A stretch of DNA of 64,000 nucleotides from Gammaproteobacteria bacterium (GCA_965226155.1 OZ245331.1:466681-530680), one strand, 5' to 3'; shown: positions 1 through 10,688, numbered from the stretch's first letter. The notes: generated from the letters alone by a model not told the origin. Made by a program: numbers and translations.

Positions 1-534
1 TGGGAAGCAATAAATGTTACGCGACGGCAAGAAGAATATGACATCCTGCTTTGTGAACAGCCATTGATGGGAGCCAAACAATTGGCCTATGTAGCTGAAC
101 GTATTGATTGTCCGGTGATGGCAGATGAATCTGCTTGGACTGTGCATGACATCTTGGAACTACATGAGTTAAAAGCTGCTGCCTATTTTTCTTGCTATGT
201 AACTAAACCAGGAGGGTTATACCGAGCGAAACAACAAGCAGATATCGCTGAAGCCTTGGGACTCTATAGTGATATTGGCGGTTCTATTGAATCTGGTATT
301 GGTAATGCAGCGAATTTACATCTCGGTGCAGCAACAAAAATTGCTACGTTGCCCAGTGTATCGCCTGTGTCCAAACCAGAAGGTGCGAGAGGTCCTTCTG
401 TCGCTGGAATTTATTACCTTGATGATCTAATTACAGATTCATTTGTATTTGAAGATGGTTGTGTGCTGGTTCCAGAAGGACCTGGACTCGGAATTGAAGT
501 AGATATGGACAAGATTAACAAATACGCATTTTAA
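1..534 (+). CDS. Mandelate racemase/muconate lactonizing enzyme family protein (enolase superfamily), C-terminal part; 5' end lies outside the window
   Basis: The reading frame is open from base 1 (no stop before the first ATG at 64). The translation matches the C-terminal capping/barrel region of MR/MLE enzymes (…YFSCYVTKPGGL…DIGGSIESGIGNAANLHLGAA…). The stop overlaps the start of the next gene (TAATG at 532-536), indicating an operon. Confidence 0.65.
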   Translation, partial: WEAINVTRRQEEYDILLCEQPLMGAKQLAYVAERIDCPVMADESAWTVHDILELHELKAAAYFSCYVTKPGGLYRAKQQADIAEALGLYSDIGGSIESGIGNAANLHLGAATKIATLPSVSPVSKPEGARGPSVAGIYYLDDLITDSFVFEDGCVLVPEGPGLGIEVDMDKINKYAF

Positions 535-1616
535 TGAGGATTGCAATACTGGGAGCAGGCAATGGTGGTGCTTCCGCAGTGGTTGAACTCAGCCAGCGTA
601 CCTTCAAGACACGTTTATGGAATCGCTCAAAAACCACATTAATGCCTTTTCAGGAAGCAGGTGGTGTTAAACACACCGGTTTTTTTGGTGAAGGAATTGT
701 CAAACCTGAATTCATTACTGACAAATTGAGTGAGGCCATTGATGGTGCTGATGTTATTATGGTTTGTTTACCGACTCTGGCCCATGCAAATATTGCTGAA
801 ATGCTGGCAAAACTAGGTGCCAATAACATTCCTGTGGTGCTGAACCCAGGGCATACAGGCGGAGCACTGGAATTCGTTGAAACATTTAATCGTAATCATC
901 TTACGCCGCCACCTACAGCCGAATTATCAACACTGACATATGTCGCCAGAAAACCTGAACCGGATATAGTTCGGACGACTGGATCAGCAAAACATGTTTG
1001 GGTTGCTACCATGCCAGGTGGTGAGATAGCGATGGAAGCAGCAAAGGAACTTTATCCAAATGCAGAATCCGCAAAAGATGTGATCGCAACGGGTCTGGCG
1101 AATGTCAACATGGTGTTACACCCCCCGGGTGCAATATTAGGTGCCGCCTGGGTTGAGGCAACTGGTGGTGATTTTACATTTTATGTTGAAGGTTTGCCGA
1201 CAGGCGTTGGTCGTGTCATGGAAGCATTAGACGCTGAGCGTTTAGCCGTGGCTAAAGCATTTGATCATCGGTTGCCAGATTTGTTTAGAGAGATGCAGTC
1301 AATTGGCACCATAGAGATGGATGCCGATCCAATAGAAAGTTTGGCAGCGGCAGTACGTGGTGGTGAAGCGAACAGTAAAACAAAAGCACCGGATTCGTTA
1401 AACCATCGCTATTACCGGGAAGATTTCTGGTATGGCGTTAAACCGTTCCTGGCATTTGCCGAAATTGCACATGTAGCTGTACCTGTGGCGAAATCACTGA
1501 TGAATCTTGCTGAATTGTTAGTGGGTGATTTGGTGCAAAGTGAAGGTAGATCATCAGCGGCAATGGGCGTTACAGGAATGAGTAAAAATGAATTAATTAC
1601 ATATGTCAGAGGTTAA
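534..1616 (+). CDS. NAD(P)-dependent opine (octopine/nopaline) dehydrogenase family protein
   Basis: N-terminal Rossmann motif MRIAILGAGNGGASAVVEL, 360 aa, with the overall layout of the octopine-DH family. Translationally coupled to the upstream racemase. Confidence 0.6.
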   Translation: MRIAILGAGNGGASAVVELSQRTFKTRLWNRSKTTLMPFQEAGGVKHTGFFGEGIVKPEFITDKLSEAIDGADVIMVCLPTLAHANIAEMLAKLGANNIPVVLNPGHTGGALEFVETFNRNHLTPPPTAELSTLTYVARKPEPDIVRTTGSAKHVWVATMPGGEIAMEAAKELYPNAESAKDVIATGLANVNMVLHPPGAILGAAWVEATGGDFTFYVEGLPTGVGRVMEALDAERLAVAKAFDHRLPDLFREMQSIGTIEMDADPIESLAAAVRGGEANSKTKAPDSLNHRYYREDFWYGVKPFLAFAEIAHVAVPVAKSLMNLAELLVGDLVQSEGRSSAAMGVTGMSKNELITYVRG

Positions 1617-1624
1617 ATAGATCA

Positions 1625-2524
1625 ATGTCTATAGAAATAAAGTATTCGGATAAATGGAATCAACTTACCATTGCTATCTTGGGCGGCGATGATCGTGAAC
1701 AAGAGATTGCACGTCTGGCCGCAACAACCGGTGCGACAGTCTTTGCATTTGGTTTTCCCTGGCCGGAAGGAGGTATAGAAGGCGTCTCATTGGCAACCAC
1801 TGCTGAAGAATGCTTGCGGGATGCCAAAATTGTCCTGATGCCAATCCCCGGAATAGCTACCGATGGCAGTATCTTTGCCAATGTGAAAATTATTCCACGA
1901 AAGAAACTATTATCGGTGATGGCGAATAGCGCGCATATTATTTTAGGCAAAGCAGATGAAGATCTGGCAAATGCAGCGGCTGGACTTGGAATAAGCATAC
2001 ATGAATATGAACAAGATCAGGAGCTAATGCTTTTACGTGCCCCAGCAATCGTGGAAGCAGCAATTAAAATTGTTATTGAGAACACCGCAATCACTATTCA
2101 CAACGCAAATATCTGTGTGGTTGGTCAAGGTAATATTGGTTCGGTATTAACACGATCACTCATAGCCCTGGGTGCACAGGTTACCGTTGCCGCACGTAAC
2201 CCAGTGCAACTCGCTGCGGCATATACAATTGGGGCAAAAGGATTGCAATTGAAACAACTTAAGGATGCTGCGCAAGGTTTTGACATGATCTTGTCAACAG
2301 TTCCCGCTCCCATTGTGACAAAAGATGTCATCGACCAATTACCGGCATCGGCATTAATTATGGATTTATCTGCACCTCCGGGAGGTGTTGATTTAGATTA
2401 TGCAAAACATACCGGGCGCCCTGCTATTTTGGCACGTGCATTAGGACGGCGTGCACCTATTACTGTCGGCGGAAGTCAATGGTCAGGTATTGCAAAGATC
2501 ATTAATAAAATTCTTGAAGATTAA
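1625..2524 (+). CDS. Dipicolinate synthase subunit A (DpaA)-like NAD(P)-binding dehydrogenase
   Basis: 299 aa. The N-terminus IAILGGDDREQEIARL…FAFGF and the central VVGQGNIGSVLTRSLIALGAQVTVAAR…DLSAPPGGVDLDYA align by eye along the whole length with Bacillus DpaA. No DpaB-like flavoprotein is adjacent. Confidence 0.55.
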   Translation: MSIEIKYSDKWNQLTIAILGGDDREQEIARLAATTGATVFAFGFPWPEGGIEGVSLATTAEECLRDAKIVLMPIPGIATDGSIFANVKIIPRKKLLSVMANSAHIILGKADEDLANAAAGLGISIHEYEQDQELMLLRAPAIVEAAIKIVIENTAITIHNANICVVGQGNIGSVLTRSLIALGAQVTVAARNPVQLAAAYTIGAKGLQLKQLKDAAQGFDMILSTVPAPIVTKDVIDQLPASALIMDLSAPPGGVDLDYAKHTGRPAILARALGRRAPITVGGSQWSGIAKIINKILED

Positions 2525-2530
2525 TTATAT

Positions 2531-3877
2531 ATGAAAGCAGACCTCTCAATTCTGAATGCTCGAGTTGTCGATCATAACGGTGAATTTTTTGGTGGTATTG
2601 CGGTAAGCGATGGCAAGATACTGGCAACAGGCACCGATAATGCCCTGCCTGATGCTAAACGTGTAATCGATGCAGAGGGCCGATGTTTATTTCCGGGAGT
2701 GATTGATACTCATTGTCACCTTGGTGTCGCCTATCCTTATGATGAAGACATGCGTACGGAAACAGCACAGGCAGCACGTGGCGGTATCTCAACGATCTTT
2801 CTGTATATTCGAAACAAAAAAGAATCCTATCTTTCATTTTATGATGAACGCCGTAGCATCGGTGAAAAAAATGCGTGTATCGATTTTGGTTTTCATTTTG
2901 GTATTCAACGTGAAGAACATATCCATGAAATCCCGAAGATCGTTGAACACACCGGTGTGCAATCCTTCAAACTGTATTTCGGTTACGAACCAGATAACCC
3001 TATCGGTATAGTGCCAGCCAATGATGGTTGGGTGTATGCCACCATGCTACAAGCAGTCAAGCTGCCAAAGGGTGTGGTCTCGGTACATTGCGAAAATACG
3101 GCTATTGCCTCCTGGATAAAGAATGACATGATGGAATCTGGCCGGCAGGATCTTGGAGCTTATACCGAATCCCGCCCTACTTTTTGCGAAGTCGAAACCA
3201 TTAAGCGCATGATCTTTCTCGCAGAACGTACAGGTTGCCCTCTGCAATTGGTGCATACTTCTGTCGGTGCTGGACCGGACATGGCCATTGAAGCACAAGC
3301 GCGAGGTGTTGATGTAACTGTTGAAACCTGTCCGCATTATTTAACGAGAACTTGTTATGATGAAGATCTAGATATGAAGGCAAAGATATCTCCTCCATTA
3401 CGAGATGAGGAACAAAAAGAATGGTTATGGCGGGGTATGTTAGCCAATAAGATCAATTCCATCGGTAGCGATCACGTGCCATTCTTACCGAAGAAAGGGG
3501 AGGACTTGTGGACGGAGTTACCCGGTATCGTCAGCTTTCCATGGGAGTTGCCGCTGTTAATTACTCATGGTGTAATTAATCATGGGATGTCGTTACAGCA
3601 GTTAGTCAGAGTCAATTCCTACGGACCCGCAAAACGTTTCGGTTTTTACCCACGCAAGGGATCACTCGAACCAGGAATGGATGCAGATCTGGTTCTAGTT
3701 GATTTGGATGAAGAACGTGAAGTTAAACATAGCGGTCACGGCACCTGTATATACGAGGGAATGAATTTAAAAGGCTGGCCAGTCATGACGGTCTCTAATG
3801 GTCGTATTGTTTATGAAAACGGCGAAATAGATGAAGATCAATATGGCCGTGGTGTATGTATCACTCGTCCTGACTGA
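2531..3877 (+). CDS. Cyclic amidohydrolase (dihydropyrimidinase/hydantoinase/dihydroorotase-like)
   Basis: 448 aa. The PGVIDTHCHLG metal-binding HxH motif near the N-terminus, the size, and the later GSDH motif fit the DHOase/hydantoinase branch of the amidohydrolase superfamily. Confidence 0.7.
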   Translation: MKADLSILNARVVDHNGEFFGGIAVSDGKILATGTDNALPDAKRVIDAEGRCLFPGVIDTHCHLGVAYPYDEDMRTETAQAARGGISTIFLYIRNKKESYLSFYDERRSIGEKNACIDFGFHFGIQREEHIHEIPKIVEHTGVQSFKLYFGYEPDNPIGIVPANDGWVYATMLQAVKLPKGVVSVHCENTAIASWIKNDMMESGRQDLGAYTESRPTFCEVETIKRMIFLAERTGCPLQLVHTSVGAGPDMAIEAQARGVDVTVETCPHYLTRTCYDEDLDMKAKISPPLRDEEQKEWLWRGMLANKINSIGSDHVPFLPKKGEDLWTELPGIVSFPWELPLLITHGVINHGMSLQQLVRVNSYGPAKRFGFYPRKGSLEPGMDADLVLVDLDEEREVKHSGHGTCIYEGMNLKGWPVMTVSNGRIVYENGEIDEDQYGRGVCITRPD

Positions 3878-4096
3878 TGTATATACCTTAAGTTAATATT
3901 TCTATTTTATTTTCCAACGCAGATAAAATAACAATTCGATACATCACATTTGCTACATCAGCATTGCCACATTTTCGGACCTTAAAAAGAAAAAAGTTTT
4001 GACGAAATTCTTTCAAAACGCCCTTCAACAAAATTAGAATATTTTCCACTCCAACTTCATAGCATGTTACAGGATCCTGCATACTAGTTATTTTCA

Positions 4097-4984
4097 TTAA
4101 CTTAATTTGGATAACAAAAACTCGACAAATACTCTGGTTTTTGGAGACTGGTATTCCCGGCTGGGATAATAAGCATAGTAAGCATCGGTTCTACCGGTAT
4201 AGTCATTCAACACCCTTTTGAGTTTATACTGTTTCAGCATGGGCGTAGCAAAATAATCATCCAGTCTTACTAGCCCGAGTCCTAGTACGCCAGCTTCACA
4301 CGTTGCTTCCTGAGTATTGACAATCATGGGACCGTTAACTTTAATGCTGTATTTGATACCGTCTTTGTAGAATTCCCAGGGTACTATTTTCCCTGTTGTA
4401 GGATGGCGAAAACCAATACATTTATGCATTTTGAGGTCATCGGGATGTTTTGGTCTAGAATGCTTGGCAAAATAACTCGGTGCCCCGTATATATTGAATT
4501 TCATAGGTGCTAGCTTTCTGGCTATAAAGTTACTATCTGAGAGGCTACCACTGCGTATACCCACATCAAATTTCCCTAGAATAAGATCACCACCCTGATT
4601 TTCGAAATCGAGATCCAGTACAATGGATGGGTAACGGTCCGCAAACTCTGGTAGCAGAGGTAAAATAACCTGTATTCCGAATCCCCTGATTAACGTAACG
4701 CGCAAATGACCAGATGGGGTTTCCTGGAATTCAGCCAATAGTGAAGAGGCCAGTTCCAGTTCTTCCAGTGCATTACAGTATTTTTCATACAAAAATTCGC
4801 CTTCTTCAGTAAGACTCATACGTCGGGTAGTACGATTGAACAAGCGTACATCCAGTGTTGCTTCCAGACGTTGAATATTCTTACTCACAGCCGCTGACGT
4901 GACACCTAGGATAGATGCAGCCTTCACAAAATTCCCTGTTTCCGCGGATTTAACAAATGCCAATATACCTTTGAGGGTTTCCAT
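4097..4984 (-). CDS. LysR-family transcriptional regulator
   Basis: N-terminal HTH (LKGILAFVKSAETGNFVKAASILGVTSAAVSKNIQRLE) followed by a LysR substrate-binding domain, 295 aa. Divergent from the TonB-dependent receptor gene. Confidence 0.85.
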   Translation of the reverse strand: METLKGILAFVKSAETGNFVKAASILGVTSAAVSKNIQRLEATLDVRLFNRTTRRMSLTEEGEFLYEKYCNALEELELASSLLAEFQETPSGHLRVTLIRGFGIQVILPLLPEFADRYPSIVLDLDFENQGGDLILGKFDVGIRSGSLSDSNFIARKLAPMKFNIYGAPSYFAKHSRPKHPDDLKMHKCIGFRHPTTGKIVPWEFYKDGIKYSIKVNGPMIVNTQEATCEAGVLGLGLVRLDDYFATPMLKQYKLKRVLNDYTGRTDAYYAYYPSREYQSPKTRVFVEFLLSKLS

Positions 4985-5033
4985 GAATTATTAACATTAT
5001 GTTGAAAATGAATTAATCATATACTACTATAAA

Positions 5034-5063
5034 TTAACAATAAACCAGAATATAGTGTTAATA
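5034..5063. promoter_or_regulatory. Candidate LysR-type operator (TTAACA-N16-TGTTAA palindrome) in the divergent lysR/TBDR intergenic region
   Basis: An inverted hexamer pair is present in the AT-rich 214-bp divergent intergenic region 4985-5198. Confidence 0.3.
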
Positions 5064-5198
5064 GAATTAATTTAACGGGTTTGGTAATATCAGGGGACAG
5101 GAACCATTCACTGCCGTAGAAGTTTCATTAAACAGAGACCTAATGTCAGTCAAGATACACTCTGTCTTGATATATTATTTGCTAACGGGAGGACAATA

Positions 5199-7505
5199 AT
5201 GAACAAGCAATCCCTTATTCTTCGTAACTACGTCTTACAAGTTGTTCAAATACTAATTGTATTCTTTCTTCCCATAGCGAGTTATGCACAAGGCGGTTCG
5301 ACTCTGGTACTTGAAGAAATAATTGTTACGGCGCAAAAGCGTGAGTTGAATCTGCAGGAGTCAGCGATAGCCGTAACGGCGATAACAGCTGAGGCTCTAG
5401 ACAGAGCAAATATCAATGGTGTGGTTGATCTTACGGGAAAGATCCCTGGTCTTACCATCAACAAAAACGAAGGACCGAAAATGGTCGTGACTTTACGCGG
5501 AATTGGTCACGAAGCGAATCAAAATGGTCAATCCGTACCTGGAATCGCCCTGCATTACGATGGAGTATTTATGCCGCAGGTACGATCCCTTGGCAGTGGT
5601 TTTCTTGATATTGAAAGGGTTGAAGTTTTACGTGGTCCGCAAGGCACGGTGTTCGGACAAAATTCGACCGGTGGATCGATAAATATCATTTCCAAACGAC
5701 CGGTAATTGGTGAGTTTTCTGGAAAGGCCGATATAACAGGGGGAAATTTTGGCTTAGTTCAACCGCGTGGAGCAATAAATGTTCCTATTTCCGATACCCT
5801 TGCAGCACGTGCTGCGTTCAGCTATTTAAATCATGATGGGTTTGCTGAAGTTATTGAAACAAACCCGGCGGCTCCAACAGGCCTTGCCGGATTTGAGCTG
5901 GATGACGCGAACGAGTACGCAGCGAGAATTCAAATTCTATGGCAACCGAGCGATATGTTTTCGGCCCTCGCACGCGCACAAATCCATGACAGTGATACTC
6001 ACGACAATGCTGAACGAAACATTCTAGACACAAGCCTAGATAAGAGAACGGTGGGTTACGATCAGGGAGGGCTAGATACTTTTCAACAAACTGTCTATAG
6101 CCTTGAATTGAAATACGAAACGCCATTTGCTACCTTTAAATCGCTGACTGCCTACCAGGACGTCGAAAGCACTGAACGTGGACGTGACAGCGACAGGGGT
6201 GTAGCAGCATTTCAACCAGCCCAGCAGATTGTTAGATTTAATGATATAAATACAGAGATCTGGACACAGGAATTTAACATTATCTCAAAAACCGAAGGCC
6301 CTCTGGACTGGCTGATTGGTGGGTTCTACATGAATTTTGACAACCACCGATTTTTTGATGATTATCGAGATGTAGATTTTGATGGTGATATTGACTTTTT
6401 TGAGGACACCAATGGCGATGGTCGTCCGAATGACGCCAGCTTCCGTTCGATTACACCTGCTGTCAGGGATTCCTTTTCAGTCTATGCCGAGGGAACATAT
6501 CATTTCACGGATGATTTGCGTATCACTGCTGGTTTACGCTATACCGATGATGAAATCGATGCACTCCCAACCACCCAGTTTGCAACACCCGATCCTACAA
6601 TGAATTTTCTGAGTTCAGTCAACAAAGTCACATGGAAGGCAAGCTTTCAGTGGGATCCGATGGAAGACGTGTTGACTTACTTTACTGTCTCCACCGGAAT
6701 AAAACCTGGTGGTGTTAATACATTGGCCAGCCTAGGGACCGCCTCATCTCTGGTCGACCCGGTTTTTGCGGAGGAAGAGGTCCTGGCTTTTGAAATTGGA
6801 TTGAAAAGTCAATCTAGTGACGGCCGCTATCAGTTTAATGCCGCCGGTTTCATTTACGATTATGAAAATTTTCAGTTTCATGGGGAAAATTTTGCTCCCT
6901 TTAATGGCGGCGTCAGTAATGTACCCCAGTTGAATATACATGGTGCAGAGTTTGAATTTTCAGGCCTGCTTACAGATACCTTAAGGCTGGACGCAAATCT
7001 GACCTGGCTGGATGGCGAAGTGGATGGTAGTCACATGGTGTTGTCTCCGCTTGATGCAGGGAACGCTAATTCTGCTACGTTTGCTGGCGGGTCGGGTCTG
7101 TTCTCTCCACTGAATTTTGCCTTACGTACTGCTGCGGTAGCTGATATTAACGGAAATACTCCGCCAAAATTACCCCCAATCTCGCTCAATTTAAATCTTA
7201 CCCATGAGACGAATATTGCAGATTGGGGCATACTCACTTCAACGATCTCCTATACATATAAAGATGAGTATGACTATCAAATATACAATGCCCCGGGTCT
7301 TGAAGTACCGAGTGAAGATTTGATAGACCTGTCTTTTCATTACAAACCACATGATGGTAATTGGTCAGCTGCTTTGTTAATTATGAATCTGGAGGATGAT
7401 GATGCCGTTAACTCACGCTGGACTAATGTATTTGGTGTCAATCAAACATCAGAGCAGTACTTTGCGCCGCGACAAGTGTTAGTCCGGCTAGGTTACGAAT
7501 TTTAA
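5199..7505 (+). CDS. TonB-dependent outer-membrane receptor
   Basis: Signal peptide, TonB box LEEIIVTAQKRE, plug-domain motifs, 768 aa, and a C-terminal …RLGYEF ending in an aromatic residue. Confidence 0.85.
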   Translation: MNKQSLILRNYVLQVVQILIVFFLPIASYAQGGSTLVLEEIIVTAQKRELNLQESAIAVTAITAEALDRANINGVVDLTGKIPGLTINKNEGPKMVVTLRGIGHEANQNGQSVPGIALHYDGVFMPQVRSLGSGFLDIERVEVLRGPQGTVFGQNSTGGSINIISKRPVIGEFSGKADITGGNFGLVQPRGAINVPISDTLAARAAFSYLNHDGFAEVIETNPAAPTGLAGFELDDANEYAARIQILWQPSDMFSALARAQIHDSDTHDNAERNILDTSLDKRTVGYDQGGLDTFQQTVYSLELKYETPFATFKSLTAYQDVESTERGRDSDRGVAAFQPAQQIVRFNDINTEIWTQEFNIISKTEGPLDWLIGGFYMNFDNHRFFDDYRDVDFDGDIDFFEDTNGDGRPNDASFRSITPAVRDSFSVYAEGTYHFTDDLRITAGLRYTDDEIDALPTTQFATPDPTMNFLSSVNKVTWKASFQWDPMEDVLTYFTVSTGIKPGGVNTLASLGTASSLVDPVFAEEEVLAFEIGLKSQSSDGRYQFNAAGFIYDYENFQFHGENFAPFNGGVSNVPQLNIHGAEFEFSGLLTDTLRLDANLTWLDGEVDGSHMVLSPLDAGNANSATFAGGSGLFSPLNFALRTAAVADINGNTPPKLPPISLNLNLTHETNIADWGILTSTISYTYKDEYDYQIYNAPGLEVPSEDLIDLSFHYKPHDGNWSAALLIMNLEDDDAVNSRWTNVFGVNQTSEQYFAPRQVLVRLGYEF

Positions 7506-7512
7506 TTATCCA

Positions 7513-7543
7513 GCCGCCCAATACTGAATAAGTATTGGGCGGC
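7513..7543. terminator. Bidirectional stem-loop between convergent genes
   Basis: Perfect 13-bp inverted repeat GCCGCCCAATACT…AGTATTGGGCGGC with a 5-nt loop, located between the TBDR (+) and the amidohydrolase (-). Confidence 0.5.
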
Positions 7544-7589
7544 CTACCTATCTAATTGACGAGACTTTTAAAGGACTGTAAGACTTAAT

Positions 7590-9002
7590 TCAATAGTTCT
7601 TTTGAATGTATGGTCTGATCTTGTTAGCCACACGTTGTGCGGCCCGTTTGATATCTTCAATATCGCTTACCAATAGACGACCATTCTTTTTAGCTAGTTG
7701 GCCGTTTATAAATACGAAATCTACGTTTTCTGGCTGGCCATAAAAAACGATCTGCTTGACCAAATCTAGCTGCGGCATGAGATTTACAGTACCTGCATTT
7801 ATTATGACCATGTCCGCTCTCTTACCTGGAGTCAGTGATCCGATCTGATTGGCCATTCCCAAAGCTTTAGCACCGGAAATAGTCGCCATTATAAGGACTT
7901 GTGAGGCGTTTGGTGTCGCGTCAGCTTTACCTGAAACAGCCCGCTGTAGGCCAATCGCAGCACGCATAACATCGAACATATTACCGCCACTGCTGACAGC
8001 ACCACCATCCACGCCAAGACCAACAACGATGCCGGCATCAAGCAAATCAGCCAAACGCATGACTCCTGATCCGGTACGCATATTACTCACTGGGCAATGT
8101 ACGAGTCGTACATCATGACTTGCAAGTAGCTCAATTTCTTCAGCAGTTAAATGGACAGCATGAGCAGCTAGGAGTTTTAGTCCAAGGGCGCCGGTCCTTT
8201 TTAGTGCCTCGAATTGACCTTGTTGCCGATCATTTATGCCCTCATGCAAATGGATATGTAGCTGCAAATCCAGATTTTTAGCTAATGTGACCATGGATTT
8301 AACCGCAGTAAACAAAGGTTCTTCTGTGGAGGGTACGGGTGATAACTGCAAGGATGCCAGCGGATTTTTATCAACCAGATTTTTAATGGTTTCAATGTCG
8401 TCTAACACGGCAGGTGTTGTCCTGGTAACCTTGTAACCCAATGCGAATCGTAGCCCTGAATCTTCGAGCCCTCGCAGGTTTCCCTGTACAAAGTCTGGTG
8501 AAAACGCGGATGACCAGTCAGCTACGGTCGTAATACCGGAGTTTAAGAGTTCAAGGGCACCAAAACGTACACCATCATAAGCATCCTCTTCACTGATTAG
8601 ATTGCCATATAGCGGATATATACAATTGTCGAGCCATCCATCAATATTCTCTTCGTCACCGCAGCCACGCATCACTGCCTGAAAAAGATGGTCATGTGCA
8701 CTGACAAAACCCGGCATGATGATTTTACCACTAACGTCAATGACCGTTGATGCTTCTGTTTCTAACTGTTCCCCAATGGTGACAATGCTATCCCCAGAAA
8801 TTAGTATGTCGTGATTTCTTAATATGCCAAGTTGTCCTTCACCCATGTCAGGATCCATAGTCAGAATCAATGAGGCATTACGTAGCAAAATGTCAGAGTC
8901 ATTGTTTGCACCAAATACACTTGTGGCGCTGGCGAACAAGAAAACAACAATGAATTTCACCGAAGGATGAATAGCAGAATTAATGACGTGAAATAGTAAC
9001 AT
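7590..9002 (-). CDS. Amidohydrolase-family protein (TRZ/ATZ chlorohydrolase/deaminase-like), probably exported
   Basis: A hydrophobic N-terminal leader is followed by the PGFVSAHDHLFQ metal-binding motif, in a 470-aa protein. Confidence 0.7.
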   Translation of the reverse strand: MLLFHVINSAIHPSVKFIVVFLFASATSVFGANNDSDILLRNASLILTMDPDMGEGQLGILRNHDILISGDSIVTIGEQLETEASTVIDVSGKIIMPGFVSAHDHLFQAVMRGCGDEENIDGWLDNCIYPLYGNLISEEDAYDGVRFGALELLNSGITTVADWSSAFSPDFVQGNLRGLEDSGLRFALGYKVTRTTPAVLDDIETIKNLVDKNPLASLQLSPVPSTEEPLFTAVKSMVTLAKNLDLQLHIHLHEGINDRQQGQFEALKRTGALGLKLLAAHAVHLTAEEIELLASHDVRLVHCPVSNMRTGSGVMRLADLLDAGIVVGLGVDGGAVSSGGNMFDVMRAAIGLQRAVSGKADATPNASQVLIMATISGAKALGMANQIGSLTPGKRADMVIINAGTVNLMPQLDLVKQIVFYGQPENVDFVFINGQLAKKNGRLLVSDIEDIKRAAQRVANKIRPYIQKNY

Positions 9003-9005
9003 AAT

Positions 9006-10364
9006 TTAGTTTTCACCAGTTGTCTGCTCCGATTCTGCAAGGCAAATTAAATAAGGCTTTTGACCAATATAGAAAAGACAGGTACTGATAGCTAATGCCG
9101 AGCCCCCCGATATCATCAGAGAATATCGCAACATGGATAAGTCCTGGAATACATACTCTGTTAGGAAGGCAACGAAGGTCGGGCCCAGACCAAGCCCTAA
9201 AATAGATTGGGCAAAGAAATAGACTGCGGTGATTTGACCTCGCATACGTGCAGGTGACATGATCTGTAATGCGGCGGCGGCTACTCCGAACGGTGCCCCG
9301 GTAAGTAAGTGCAGTGGAAAAATTAACATCAGAGCAAACGTGGAACTTGGCATTAGCGGATAGAGAAGCCGTAGCCAGAATGACGCAAATGCAATCAGCA
9401 CCAATACTTTCATTTTGGCGTCTACACTAGAAGTTCTAGATAATCGGTCAGTAATTATGCCGGCAATTAATGCGCCGGTAAACTGGCCAACGGTCGCAGT
9501 AATCCCATAGTAAATACCACTCTGCTCCGGCGGCCACCCAAAACTTCGATGGAAAAACGTAATATCCCAAAACGCTGCTCCGTAACTGCCGATATTAAGA
9601 AAACCCATTCCAACATAAATTGAAGTAAGAGCTAGCCAATGTCGTCGCATATATGCCACGACTTTTGCTATTGAGGGCACGGTTTTACTATGACCCTGGC
9701 GTTTTGGTTCATTAACTGTAAACAGGATCATAGAAAACGCCAATCCGGGAAGGCCTACAGACAGAAATACAATTCGCCAAGGCGTGAGATCGCCAAGAAA
9801 CGGTACATTTATAAATCCCAGATCACCAACCAGCCCATTAGCCCAACCTAATACAACGGCACCCCCAAGGAAGGCAAATCCAAAGCCAAAGGCACCACCC
9901 ATAGTGCAGATACTAATGGCCAGGGTTAGTCGGTGCCGCGGAAAAATATCTGCAAGCATGGAATATGCGCAAGGTGCAAGCGCAGCCTCACCGATACCAA
10001 CACCCATACGCAGAAACAAAAGTTGCCAATAATTGTTGGCAAAACCACATGCAGCAGTTGCAACTGTCCATGTGACAACTCCAAAAATAATTAGCCATTT
10101 CCTGTTATAACTATCGGCCAAACGGCCCATAGGGATACCGAAAACAGTATAGAATATGACAAAACTTAAGCCACCAATATAACTTAGCTGGATATCAGTC
10201 AGGCCTAGGTCGGCTTTCATATCTGGTACAAGAATGCCGATAATCTGGCGATCAACAAACGAAAATACAAAGAAAATTGCAAAGATAATGGCAACGAACC
10301 AGGCATAGGCAGAGGGAGAATCACCTACACTTTCATATCGGGAGTTTGCAGTGGCGGTACTCAT
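9006..10364 (-). CDS. MFS transporter
   Basis: 12 predicted hydrophobic segments, a G-x-L-A-D-R/K-like loop (GRLADSYNRK), 452 aa. Confidence 0.8.
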   Translation of the reverse strand: MSTATANSRYESVGDSPSAYAWFVAIIFAIFFVFSFVDRQIIGILVPDMKADLGLTDIQLSYIGGLSFVIFYTVFGIPMGRLADSYNRKWLIIFGVVTWTVATAACGFANNYWQLLFLRMGVGIGEAALAPCAYSMLADIFPRHRLTLAISICTMGGAFGFGFAFLGGAVVLGWANGLVGDLGFINVPFLGDLTPWRIVFLSVGLPGLAFSMILFTVNEPKRQGHSKTVPSIAKVVAYMRRHWLALTSIYVGMGFLNIGSYGAAFWDITFFHRSFGWPPEQSGIYYGITATVGQFTGALIAGIITDRLSRTSSVDAKMKVLVLIAFASFWLRLLYPLMPSSTFALMLIFPLHLLTGAPFGVAAAALQIMSPARMRGQITAVYFFAQSILGLGLGPTFVAFLTEYVFQDLSMLRYSLMISGGSALAISTCLFYIGQKPYLICLAESEQTTGEN

Positions 10365-10688
10365 TGCTGATTTATCAGAGTTTAATTGCCGTTACAATCG
10401 TAATAACAGCATGGTTCATCTGTGCAATCCTGCAATGGAATTCTTTCTATGTACAGCTAACAGATGATCATTTTTTGAGTCTTCTGTAATCACGAATTAA
10501 AGTAACATACTATGATAGTATTTGGAAATCTCGATAACAAATTACCCCAGAAGAACTGAAATCGCGAGTTACAATATTCGGATAAGGATGAAATTGTATT
10601 CAACATTCCTTTTTTTAATATTACATTTCGCCATTTGACGTCGCATTAACAACAAACATGTTATAGATATTAAAAGGAGTATTTCGCG

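Noticed and set aside
3888-4097. 69-aa ORF on the minus strand between the amidohydrolase and lysR
   Set aside because: It lies in an AT-rich convergent intergenic stretch with no ribosome-binding site, no recognisable motif, and an end that abuts the lysR start. It is most likely a chance ORF.
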